NCBI GenBank assembly: GCA_038087875.1
Contig: JAXLNO010000146.1
Span: 558,001 to 622,000 of the forward strand
From: Malacoraja senta
Taxonomy: Eukaryota
Length of the DNA: 64,000 bases
Reading direction: 5' to 3'
In this document: one piece after another, positions 1 through 11,493 of the stretch
Layout: each line of letters begins with the position of its first letter
Position numbering within the stretch: the first letter of the stretch is position 1
Translations under genes and position numbers: made by a program
Notes under the pieces: model-generated
The model's input: the letters and a program-made list of their open reading frames with translations, nothing else
Database searches by the model: none
What the model was told of the DNA's origin: nothing

Positions 1-375
1 ATTAACCCACCCTGCCCTCACATTCACCTGGACTTTCTCTGATGCCGCTCTCCCCTCTCGTGATCTCTCTGTCTCCAACACTGGGGACAATTGTCTGATG
101 TCTACTACAAACCTACCGACTCACACAGTTATCTCCACTACACCCTCCTCCCACCCTGACTTTTGTAAATACACTATTCCCTGCTCCCAATGTCTCTGCC
201 TCTGCCTCATCTGCTCCCAAGATGAGACTTTCCACTTCATCGATAGGTGACGTTTTGGGTTGAGATCATTCTTCAACTCTGCAGAATGCTGCCTGACCTG
301 CCGAGTTACTCCAGCACTTTATGTCCTCTTGTGTAATATCCAACCAGCATCTTACAGTTCTTTGTTTCTACTACT
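1..375 (+). mobile_element. Penelope-like element fragment (RT C-terminal region plus degenerate pLTR piece)
   Basis: Translates in part as DVYYKPTDSHSYLHY...IPCSQCLCLCLICSQDETFH, typical of PLE RT thumb; followed by a degenerate copy of the window's pLTR/hairpin repeat. Confidence 0.65.
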
Positions 376-799
376 TAATATGCCGTAAGACCAGCAGCAC
401 CGCCTCTTTTATAATATGGATTCATTCCAAGACATGGCTGTTCATTTCCTGTAATTCTTGGCTCTATGACCTTCTGTCTGTAAATACAGATGCAACCTCA
501 CCAATCTCCGGTGGATTCATACACAGACCATCATATTCATCCTGCACGGATTCTAAGCTCTCAATAATTACAATTTTTCCCTTTACATACTTGTAGAAAC
601 TCTCAGGATACTCCTTTAACTTATCTGCCAAATCTCTCGTCTCCCTTATTTACCCTCCTGATCTCCCTGTTTCAATGTACCAGGGGTTATTTAGCTGTGC
701 CCAGCCCGACACTGACCCTCACCCACTGACTGGTGAATCCTGAGCCCATCAGACACTGACCCCCTCATCCCCTGACCGGAACAAGGTGCCCAGCCCGAC

Positions 800-972
800 A
801 TTGACCCTCACCCACACACTGACCCTCACCCACACACTGACCCTCACCCACACACTGACCCTCACCCACACACTGAGCCTCACCCACACACTGACCCTCA
901 CCCACACACTGACCCTCACCCACACACTGACCCTCACCCACACACTGACCCTCACTCACACACTGACCCTCA
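800..972. repeat. 18-bp minisatellite (CTGACCCTCACCCACACA)n in intron 1 of the leader-exon gene
   Basis: About nine tandem units seen directly; explains ORFs 749-955, 765-1085 and 786-1286. Confidence 0.95.
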
Positions 973-1020
973 GCCACTGTGGGGGACTGTGTTGCCAGCC
1001 CATCACTGCCCCTCACCCAC

Positions 1021-1087
1021 CTGCAGCCTGGGCTCCAGCCAGGAGGGCGGGCAGCAGCAGCAGCGGCAGCAGCAGCGGACACCACAT
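1021..1087 (-). CDS. Signal-peptide exon 1 of an MHC class I-pathway gene (beta-2-microglobulin or class I heavy chain); rest of gene lies left of the window
   Basis: GCGACCATG Kozak; MWCPLLLPLLLLPALLAGAQAA+G = 67 nt ending phase 1 at CAG|GTGGGT; upstream ISRE-SXY promoter; TAP1 exon 18 kb away. Identity cannot be fixed from the leader alone. Confidence 0.75.
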
Positions 1088-1129
1088 GGTCGCCCCCGAC
1101 TGTCCAGGTTGTGGTGAGATTGCGAGTCC

Positions 1130-1250
1130 TGGGCGCATGCGCGGTTCACTCCGCTCCGCTCGCCCGCCCGCCCCCCCCCCCGCACCCCGCGCTGATTGGT
1201 CGGCGCCGTGTCCGCGGCCAATCACAGTCCTGCCGGCCCGTGAGTCACCA
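1130..1250 (-). promoter_or_regulatory. CpG-rich proximal promoter: NRF1-like GCGCATGCGC, GC boxes, two CCAAT boxes, AP-1 TGAGTCA
   Basis: GCGCATGCGC 1133-1142, ATTGG ~1195, CCAAT ~1218, TGAGTCA 1241-1247, immediately upstream of the ATG at 1087. Confidence 0.6.
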
Positions 1251-1301
1251 GTCTCCGGGCAGAAGAGCCCCGAGAAGTTGGTGTAAAATAGCCCAGTCTG
1301 T

Positions 1302-1383
1302 CCAATCAGCAGAACAGCTGGCAACGCGTCACCGGTTGCCGGGTAGAGTAGAGCGCAACAGGTCAGCTCATGAAACCGAAAGT
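1302..1383 (-). promoter_or_regulatory. MHC class I-type ISRE + S-X1-X2-Y enhanceosome module
   Basis: Minus strand reads ACTTTCGGTTTCA (ISRE 1371-1383), GACCT (S 1360-1364), 16 nt, CCCGGCAAC (X1 1335-1343), 3 nt, TGACGCG (X2 1325-1331), 18 nt, ATTGG (Y 1302-1306). Confidence 0.88.
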
Positions 1384-1411
1384 GTGAAGCGGGAGAGAGA
1401 GGTGGGGCCCA

Positions 1412-3515
1412 CCGACACAGACCCTGACACACAGACCCTGACGCACAAACCCTGACACACAGACCCTGACACACAGACCCTGAGACACATACCCCGACAC
1501 AGACCCTGACACGCAGAACCTGACACAGACCCTGACACACAGACCCTGACACACAGACCCTGACACAGACCCTGACACACAGACCCGGACACACAGACCC
1601 TGACACACAGACCCTGACACACAGACCCTGACACAGACACTGACACAGACCCTGACACACAGACCCTGACACAGACCCTGACACACAGACCCTGACACTC
1701 AGACCCTGACACACAGACCCTGACACACAGACCCTGACACACAGACCACGACACAGACCCTGACACGCAGACCCTGACACACAGACCCTGACACACAGAC
1801 CACGACACAGACCCAGACACACACCCTCACACACAGATCCTGACACACAGACCCCGACACACAGACCCTGAGACACATACCCTGACACAGACCCTGGGGA
1901 CAGACAAGGAACAGTCCCTGGGATAGGAGGATAGAGACTGGGGACAGACCAGAGGCACAGACCAAGAGGAGAGAGCCCTGTGGACACAGACCATGAGGCC
2001 ACAGCCGTGACACACACACAACACACACTCTAGGTACAGATCCTGAGACACAGACTCTAGGACATGACCCCTGGAGACACAGACCATGGGGACATAACCT
2101 TGGGGACATGAACCCTGAGACACAGACCCTGGGGACATGAACACTGGGACACAGACCCCGAGACACAGACCCTGAGACACAGACCCTGAGACACAGACCC
2201 TGGGGACATGAACACCGGGACACAGACCCTGAGACACAGACCCTGAGACACAGACCCTGAGACACAGACCCTGACACACAGACCCTGACACACAGACCCT
2301 GACACACAGACACTGACACACAGACCCTGACACAGACACTGACACAGACCCTGACACACAGACCCTGACACAGACACTGACACGCAGACCCTGACACTCA
2401 GACCCTGACACACAGACCCTGACCCACAGACCCTGACACATAACCTGACACAGACCCTGACACACAGACCCTGACACACACCCTCACACACAGACCCTGA
2501 CACACAGACCCCGACACAGACCCAGACACACACCCTCACACACAGACCCTGACACACAGACCCTGACACACAGACCCTGAGACAAATACCCCGACACAGA
2601 CCCTGACACGCAGACCCTGACACAGACCCTGACACACAGACCCTGACACACAGACCCTGACACAGACCCTGACACAGAACCTGACACACAGACCCTGACA
2701 CAGACCCTGACACACAGACCCTGACACACAGACCCTGACACACAGACCCTGACACATACCCTGACACACAGACCATGACACAGACCCTGACACACAGACC
2801 CTGACACACAGATCCTGACACAGACCCTGACACATACCCTGACACACAGACCCTGACACAGACCCTGACACACAGACCCCGACACACAGACCCTGACACA
2901 CAGACCCTGACACAGACCCTGACACACAGACCCTGACACGTTGATCCTGGGACCCAGACACAGGGTCACATGCCCAGGATACACAGACCCTGAGAGACAG
3001 ACCCTGGGAACAGATCCTGAGACACATACCCTGACACAGACCCTGGGGACAGACTAGGGACAGTCCCTGGGATAGGAGGATGGAGACTGGGGACAGACCA
3101 GAGGCACAGACCAAGAGGAGAGAGCCCTGTGGACACAGACCATGAGGCCACAGCCGTGACACACACACAACACACACTCTAGGTACAGATCCTGATACAC
3201 AGACTCTAGGACATGACCCCTGGAGACACAGACCATGGGGACATAACCTTGGGGACATGAACCCTGAGACACAGACCCTGGGGACATGAACACTGGGACA
3301 CAGACCCCGAGACACAGACCCTGAGACACAGACCCTGAGACACAGACCCTGGGGACATGAACACTGGGACACAGACCCTGAGACACAGACCCTGAGACAC
3401 AGACCCTGAGACACAGACCCTGAGACACAGACCCTGAGACACAGACCCTGACACAGACCCTGACACAGACCCTGACACACAGACCCTGACACACAGACCG
3501 TGAGACACAGACCCA
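1412..3515. repeat. ~2.1 kb 12-14-bp minisatellite (CAGACCCTGACACA)n containing a duplicated ~400-bp degenerate block
   Basis: Tandem units seen directly; block near 1870-2260 recurs near 3020-3440. Confidence 0.95.
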
Positions 3516-3642
3516 AGTAGAGGAAACAAACTGCTGAAGCACATTGACTGGTCGGGTGGCATCTGTGGAGGGAGAGGGATGGTTCATGTTCCGGGTCGCG
3601 GCCCTGCCTCGGGGGTTGAGGGGAGAGAGCCAGTACAACGAG

Positions 3643-3815
3643 GATAGACACAAAAAGCTGGAGTAACTCAGCGGGTCAGACAGCATCTGAAGAAGGGTCT
3701 CGACCCGAAACGTCACCTATTCCTTCTCTCCAGAGATGCTGTCTGACCCGCTGAGTTACTGCAGCTTTTTGTGTCTATCTTTAGTTTAAAGCAGCATCTG
3801 CAGTTCCTTCCTACA
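3643..3815 (+). mobile_element. Penelope pLTR-derived hairpin element with hammerhead-like core
   Basis: Inverted arms ~3643-3688 and ~3734-3779 around CTGAAGAAGGGTCTCGACCCGAAACGTCACC; related copies dispersed through the window. Confidence 0.65.
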
Positions 3816-4122
3816 CTGTATAACGCGGGGATGGGGTGAGGTCGGTGCCGTCAGGTGACAGGACGAACCGGGTGAGGAGGGACCATATTCCTGGCCCTGT
3901 GTCCGGATCTGTTCCCGGTCTGTATTCCCCACCCTGGGACACGGAGCTGTGATGTTCTCTGCTTCCCTCGGCCGTGGCCGTGAGGTTTCGGGCGGAGAGC
4001 CGGCCCGGGAGGTTCACGATGGAGTGAACTGATCCGTGCCAGTCCGTGCTGAGGGCGGAGCTTGTGGGAAGCGGCTGCCGGCGGCCAGGGAGAGGTTGGA
4101 CTGTGGACTGTGGACGGTGACC

Positions 4123-4132
4123 GGGGATTCCC
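4123..4132. promoter_or_regulatory. NF-kB site (class I enhancer A-like GGGGATTCCC)
   Basis: Exact consensus match inside a GC-rich non-repeat island (~3820-4170). Confidence 0.4.
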
Positions 4133-6458
4133 GGGATGTAACAGCATCGTGCTGCCACCAGCACTCTGCACCATGGTTTTTATAAACCTCAGAGTCATAG
4201 AGTCATGCAGCGTGAAAACAGGCCCTTTGGCCAACTTGCCCACGCCGACCAACATGCCCCATCTACACTAATCTCACCTGCTGGAGTTTGGCCCATATCC
4301 CTCTAACTCTCTCCTGTACATGTACCTGTCTATATGTTTCTTATAAGTCGTGGTATTACCTGCCCCAACTACCTCCTCCAGCAGCTCGTTCCATACACCA
4401 CTCTGTACAAGACCAGCCTCCTACACTCAGGACCCAGCCTATCCAGCCTCTCCCGATAGCTCAAACCCTCCTGACCACGTAGCATTTAGTAGACATTGTT
4501 GCACCTTTACCAGTTTAATGACAGGGCAACAGGTACTACACAGAGTTTCGGCAAATACGGCCTTACCAAGCAGCTGTGATTGAATGGCGGATTAGACTTG
4601 ATGGGCCGAATGGCTTGATTCGGCTCCTATCACTTATGAACATGACTTCCCAACTCCTGTACTCAACACTTTGACTGATGAAGGCAAGCGTGTCACACGC
4701 CTCCTTCACCGCCCTGTCAACCTGTGTCGCCACCTTCATGGAACTATGTCCCTTCCCCCCCAGGTCTCTCTGTCCCACAACATTCCCCACAGCTCCAGCA
4801 CTTACGGCGTAAGTCCTGTCCCTCCACCTTGCTACACATTGTGTTTATTGTAATTAAACTCCACCTGCCATTTCTTGGCCCCATTGTCGCAGGTGATCAA
4901 GATCCCATTGTAGATCACGTTCACTGTCCATCTGTGGAGAGAGAAACACAGGCAACGTTTCCGGAGTGAGGCCCTTCGACAGAAATCACAGGAATGAAGC
5001 TGGGTGCCGTGAATCAAATCTCTCACAGGTATTCCACCTGCCCCCTCCTTCCCCACGCCTGCTTCCATGTGCTCCCCTTCACCATTACCTCCCCCCTCCC
5101 CATCGCCCCTCCCCTCCCCTCACCATCACTTCCAATCCCCTCCTCCCACTCCACACCCCCGTGAACTCCGTCAACAATGTGGTGTCACTGGTCGAGAGGG
5201 TGGTGAAGAAGGTTCTTGGTGGATTGGCCTTCATCAGTCAGCGTATTGAGTTTGGAAACTGGGAGATTACGTTGCAGTTGTGCAAGATGTTGGCGAGGCC
5301 ACACTTGGAGTATTGTGTTCTGTTTTGGTCACCCTGTTATAGGAACAATGTTATTAAGCTGGAATTCGTTCATTGAAGATTTACGAGGATGTTGCCAGGA
5401 CTCGAGTTCCTAGTTTAGGTTAGTTTAGTTTATTGTCACATGTACCCAGGTACAGTGAAAAGATTTTGTTACGTGCTATCCAGTCAGCAGAAAGACGATA
5501 CATGATTACAATCGAGCCATTTACAGTTTAATACGTGATGAGGGAACATTGAGAGTGAATCATGTATCACATAGTTACGTGCAAGGTAAAGCCAGCAAAG
5601 TCCAATCAAGGATAGTCCTTGGGTCAACAAAGAGGTAGATAGTAGTTCAGCACTGCTCTCTGGTTGTGGAAGGATGATTCAGTTGCCTGAACTACAGGTA
5701 GAGGTTGGGCAGGCTAGGATTTTGTTCCTTGGACTGCAGGAGGCTGAGGGGTGATCTAATGGAGGTGTATAACATTATGAGAGGGGAAATGCACAGTCAT
5801 TTACTCAGGGTCGGGGAATCAAAAAGCAGAGAACACAGGTTTAAGGTGAGAGAGGGCAAGATTTAATAGAAAGCTGAGGGGCAGCTTCTTTACACAGAGG
5901 GTGGTGGGTATGGAACGAGCTGCCAGAGTATGTGTTTGAGACATGTACTATAGCCGCACTAGAGACACTTGGACAGATACATGGATAGGAAATGTTTAGA
6001 TGGGTATGGCCCAAATGTGGGCAAATGCGACTAGCTTAGAAGGGCCGGCATGAATGAGTTGGGCCGAATGGCCTGTTTCCATACCATATGACAGAAAACA
6101 GCAACCTATATGCTCAGCGGGTCGAGCAGCATCTGTGGAGATGTAAGGGGTAGAAATGGTACATGGCGGTTTCAGACTGAGTCTCTGCATCAGGGTCTGT
6201 GAATGCAGGGTCTTCACCTGAAACTACAACATGCACTGTTTCCACCACGGATCCCCTTTCCAGATTCCAGCGACTGCAGTGTCTTGTGTCCTCACCGACA
6301 CCGAGCCTTGTCCAACGCCTCCACCACCCACCCCCCTCTGCCGCCACCTCCAGCTCTGGTCTGCGGCAGGGAGCCGGGCGGGGGTTGGGACGTGGACATT
6401 GATCTCCCCCGCTCTCCAGTAACGCTGCCTCGCCACTGAAGCGTTTCCAGCTCTCTCT

Positions 6459-6529
6459 GTTTCAGTTTCCTGCTGCGGCTTCGCTTGGGACGGAGTGTCA
6501 GATCCGCGCACAGCTACGGGGATTTTCCC
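6459..6529. promoter_or_regulatory. ISRE + NF-kB pair (candidate interferon-inducible enhancer/promoter)
   Basis: GTTTCAGTTTCC 6459-6470 and GGGGATTTTCCC 6518-6529 in a GC-rich island (~6240-6550). Confidence 0.5.
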
Positions 6530-6554
6530 AACGCAGGGGCTGGCTGGTGGCATC

Positions 6555-7245
6555 ACATAGAAACATAGAAAATAGGTGCAGGAGTAGGCCATTCAGCCCT
6601 TCGAGCCTGCACCGCCATTCAATATGATCATGGCTGATCATCCAACTCAGTATCCTGTACCTGCCTTCTCTCCATACCCCCTGATCCCTTTAGCCACAAG
6701 GGCCACATCTAACTCCCTCTTAAATATAGCCAATGAACTGGCCTCAACTACCTTCTGTGGCAGAGAGTTCCAGAGATTCACCACTCTCTGTGAAAAATGT
6801 TTTTCTCATCTCGGTCCTAAAGGATTTCCCCTTTATCCTTAAACTGTGACCCCTTGTCCTGGACTTCCCCAACATCGGGAACAATCTTCCTGCATCTAGC
6901 CTGTCCAACCCCTTAAGAATTTTGTACGTTTCTATAAGATCCCCTCTCAATCTTCTAAATTCTAGCGAGTACAAGCCGAGTCTATCTGGTCTTTCTTCAT
7001 ATGAAAAGTCCTGACATCCCAGAATCAGTCTGGTGAACCTTCTCTGTACTCCCTCTATGGCAAGAATGTCTTTCCTCAGATTTGGAGACCAAAACTGTAC
7101 GCAATACTCCAGGTGTGGTCTCACCAAGACCCTGTACAACTGTAGTAGAACCTCCCTGCTCCTATACTCAAATCCTTTTGCTACGAATGCTAACATACCA
7201 TTCGCTTTCTTCACTGCCTGCTGCACCTGCATGCCTACTTTCAAT
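6555..7245 (-). mobile_element. CR1 LINE 3' fragment
   Basis: ORF 6744-7244 (KANGMLAF...LVRPHLEYCVQFWSP...SLEFRRLRGDLIE) plus (CATAGAAA)n tail. Confidence 0.95.
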
Positions 7246-7522
7246 CACGCAGAGAGACACGATCTGACAGGGCCGTGGACAGGCGCAGCAGTGAGAGAGG
7301 TTTGTCAGGGTGAGTGATTGAGAGCGAGAGAGAGAGAGGGGGGGCAGTGGGACAGTGAGAGGTGGAGAGAGGCACAGACAACGGGACAAAAACCGCAGTC
7401 AGAGCGTCTGTGAGAAAGAGAGGGGCAGACAGAGAGAGAAAGATGGGGATTGAGAGATAGACACAGTGAGATAAGAGTGATTGACAGAAAAGGGCAGAGG
7501 GAGAGAGAAAGGGAGAGAGAGT

Positions 7523-7525
<3 letters not shown>

Positions 7526-7606
<81 letters not shown>
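7526..7606. repeat. (GA)n microsatellite
   Basis: Direct observation. Confidence 0.95.
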
Positions 7607-7608
<2 letters not shown>

Positions 7609-8402
7609 GGAGACAGATGGAGATGGGGCAGAGCGGCAACGGGACCTTTGTGATCAGAGCACCCTTTCCCCTGCCCTGCTCTCGAGAGAATCAGTCTTTA
7701 TTCGGCGTGGAGAGATGAGCAGTCTCCCTCCCGTGCCCTTACCCCAGACAGACTGACCAGTTCAGCCTCACGATGCTCCCACATTCACAGCGATGACCAC
7801 GGGTCAATGGTCACACGACTGTCCACTGACACCCCCTCTGTCCAGTGCACTGGCACGGACACCCCTTCTGAACAGTGAACTGGCACAGGTATGGTCTGGT
7901 ACTTTATTTGTCACCTGTACCGATGTCCAGGGAAATTCATTTTGGGATACATTGCAGAACAAGTATCACTATACATAAGCACTTAGATACATATTAGATA
8001 AGCATTGTAGATACAGTGTTGGTGTACAGCAGTAGTACAGTGAGACCGAATACAAAGTTGTCAGTTTGGCGCCATGTTCTAGTCCCAGTTGTTGTAAGTG
8101 CAGGCATCCTGAACTGGCCGTGAAGGCCCGTTGTCCTAGCGGCGTTGCAGAGTCTGCCTGGCCAAGCGTAGCCGTGGTGTCCTCCACCGCTGCTCCACCG
8201 CGTCTGGTCCACGTGCTCGGCCTCTTGGAGCGGCGCCAGGTCCAGCCGAGCCCCAGGCAGCTGCGGGGTCTCCAGCGGCCCACTCCCCGTCGAGGCCGTG
8301 CACTCCCTCCCGCAGCCGGTCTGCTCACCGGCCCTCCAGCTGGGTTCCCGTGGGTCCTCGATACGTGGCGAGCGAGCGGGGTCTTCCGGGCTGGTCCTCG
8401 GT

Positions 8403-11105
8403 TAACTCACTGTTTAAGAAAGGCGGGAGAGAGAAAACAGGGAATTATAGACCAGTTAGCCTGACATTGGTGGTGGGGAAGATGCTGGAGTCAATTATAA
8501 AATATGAAATAGCGGCACACTTGGATAGCAGTAACAGGATCGGTCCGAGTCAGCATGGATTTACGAAGGGGAAATCATGCTTGACAAATCTGGAATTTTC
8601 TGAGGATGTAACTAGGAAAATGGACAAGGGAGAGCTAGTGGATGTAGTGTACCTCGAATTTCAGAAAACCTTTGATAATGTCCCACATAGGAGATTAGTG
8701 GGCAAAATTAGAGCACATGTTAGGGTAGGGTACTGACATGGATAGAAAATTGGTTGGCAGACAGGCAGCAAAGTGGAGGGATTAACGGGTCTCTTTCAGA
8801 ATGGCAGGCAGTGACTAGTGGGGTACCGCAAGACTCGGTGCTGGGACCGCAGCTATTTATAATATATATTAATGACTTAAATGGAGGGATTACATTTAAC
8901 ATTAGCAAGTTTGCAGATGACACAAAGCTGGGTGGCAGTGTGAACTGTGAGGAGGATGCTATGAGGATGCAGTGTGACTTGGACAGGTTGGTTAAGTGGC
9001 CAGATGCATGGCAGATGCAGGTTAATGTGGATAAATGTGAGGTTATGCTCTTTGGTGGCAAGAACAGGAAGGCAAATTATTGTCTGAATGTTGTCAAGTT
9101 AGGAAAAGGGAAAGTACAACGAGATCTGAGGGTCCTTGGTCATCAGTCAATGAAAGTAAGCATGCAGGTACAACAGGCAGTGCAGAAAGCTAATGGCATG
9201 TTGGCCTTCATAACAGGAGGAATTGAGTAGAGAAGCAAAGAGGTAAACTCTGCGGTTATACAGGGCCCTCGTGAGACCACACCTGGAGTATTGTGTACAG
9301 TTTTTGTCTCGAAATTTGAGGAAGGACATTATAAATTGGGATAGAGTAGGAATTAAAACGTTTGGAGATATGTATGATAATGGAAGTTTTTTAACATTTC
9401 ACCAACCACAACTTAAATACAACTTGAGTAGTAATCAATATTTTAAATACTTTCAAATACGTGACTATTTGAAAAAATATACACGAGAATATCAAAATAT
9501 GTCTCCTGACCTATTAGATAAGATAATGAATATAAAAGCGGAATCAGCTAATTTAATATCATACCTGTATAATTCGATTTTAAACATAGAAATTCCATCA
9601 TCTGATGGGATTAGAAGAGAATGGGAACAGGTACTAGCTATAACAATCTCGAAAGAGAGTTGGGATAGACACCTGTTATATGTGCATAAATGCTCGATTA
9701 ACGTAAGACATACTCTAATTCAATTAAAAATTTTACATAGTTTATACTATTCGAAAGTTAAATTAAGTAAATTTTACCCAAATACCTCTTCTATCTGTGA
9801 TAAATGCCTAACCCAAGAAGCAACTATAGCACATTCTTTTGCTTTTTGTATAAAAATCCAACAATTTTGGAATGAAATTTTTGAAATGTTCACTAAATTA
9901 TTTAAAATAAAGCTGAAACCGAATGCAGAACTGATAATTTTTGGAACAATAGAAGCAAGTTTGGAGCTGACTTCGTTTCAAAGGAGTTTCCTTAATTATG
10001 GCTTAATAACGGTAAAAAAACTTATACTGAAAAAATGGAAAAATGCTCCTACGCCAACGACAAAAATGTGGACTTCTAATATGTCGGAATTGTTACACCT
10101 AGAAGATATGAGATTCCTCTTAAGCAGGTAAACCAGACCAATTCCAAAAGATTTGGTCTCCATTTATCGACTTATTACAAACATAGGGTGCAACAAAATG
10201 TTGATAATAAATGGTTTTAGGACCTGGCGAGGGGTGAGTAAAGATATGAAGTAGGTGCATCCCTTTCATATTGTCCTACCTTATCTTATGCTTACTTTTT
10301 TCTTTTTCCTCCTTTTGGTTTTTCTTTTTTTCTTTCTTTTTTTCTCTCTAACTATTTCTTGTGGTTTAGATCCATATGGGTGTTCCTGGACCACTCTTTC
10401 AATCACTCACTTACTATCTCTGCTAACTCTCTCTATCCTTTTTCTTATTAAAGTTTAAAATAAGAAGTGGTACAAGAAATGTATTGCAAAAACGTACGTT
10501 ATTGCAGATTATTGTAATGTACAATACTTCTAATAAAATAAAAAATACAACAACAAAAAAAATACAAAAAAGAAATTTGAGGAAGGACATTCTTGCTATT
10601 GAGGGAGCGCAACTTAGGTTTACAAGGTTAATTCCAGAGATGGCGGGACTGTCATATGCTGAGAGAATGGACCAGCTGGGCTTGTACACTCTGGAATTTA
10701 GAAGGATGAGGGGATCTTATTGAAACATATAAGATTATTTAGGGATGGGACACGCTGGAGGCAGGAAACATGTTCCCGATATTGGGGGAGTCCAGAACCA
10801 AGGGCCGCAGTTCAAGAATAGGGGTAGGTCATTTTGAACGGAGATGAGGAAGCACTTTTTCACCCAGGAAGTTGTGAATTTGTGGAATTATCTGCCTCAG
10901 AAGGCAGTGAAGACTAATTCTCTGAATGCGTTCCAGTTAGATAGAGCTCTTAAAGAGTTAGATAGATCTCTTAAAGATAGCGGAATCAAGGGAAATAGGG
11001 AGAAGGCAGGAACGGGGTACTGATTGTGGATGATCAGCCATGATCACAGTGAATGGCGGTGCTGGCTCGAAGGGCCGAACGGCCTACTGCTGCAACTATT
11101 GTCTA
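8403..11105 (+). mobile_element. 5'-truncated CR1 LINE (RT and 3' end), interrupted by an L1 insertion
   Basis: [40 protein letters not shown] motifs; resumes at 10572 after the L1. Confidence 0.95.
9331..10571 (+). mobile_element. 5'-truncated L1-clade LINE (ORF2 C-terminus, 3'UTR, A-rich tail)
   Basis: ORF with LIQLKILH...CDKC...HSFAFC zinc-knuckle; AATAAA and A-rich tail; 20-bp TSD GAAATTTGAGGAAGGACATT at 9311-9330 and 10572-10591. Confidence 0.92.
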
Positions 11106-11351
11106 AGATGCTGGTTTAAACCGAAGATAGACACAAAATGCTGGAGAAACTCAACGGAGAGGAAGCATCTCACGGGAATGGCCCCATTCATTCGCTCCAG
11201 AGATGCTGCCTGTCCCGCTGAGTTACTCCAGAATATGGTGTCCATGTACTGCATTCAGTCCACTGCGGACTGAATAGAAGGGCTGCGCGATGCCTTTAGG
11301 CGGCAGCAACAGCAGCAGCAGCGGCGGCGGAGTTATCCAGAGACAGAAACT

Positions 11352-11415
11352 CAACCTGTACAGCCTCGCTCGACCCAGCAACTGTTGACTCACAGACGCG
11401 CTCTGTTCCCATTGG
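11352..11415 (+). promoter_or_regulatory. Second S-X1-X2-Y module, oriented toward the TAP1 exon
   Basis: CAACCT 11352-11357, 16 nt, CCCAGCAAC 11374-11382, 3 nt, TGACTCA 11386-11392, 18 nt, ATTGG 11411-11415; same spacing as the module at 1302-1364. Confidence 0.85.
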
Positions 11416-11493
11416 CCAGCTCCACGACTGGCAGCCGCGCCCCGCTGCAGCTTCGCAGCGAAGGTGAAACCGGTGTAAATCCCCTGGTAGCGT

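Noticed and set aside
1013..3716. Many Cys/Val-rich ORFs up to 371 aa
   Set aside because: Translations of the minisatellite, open in several frames; only the 1021-1087 leader is credible.
6296..6399. PSMB8/9/10 exon 1 expected head-to-head with TAP1
   Set aside because: No propeptide-end motif (e.g. EV.TG, GFSF.N) and no downstream proteasome exons seen.
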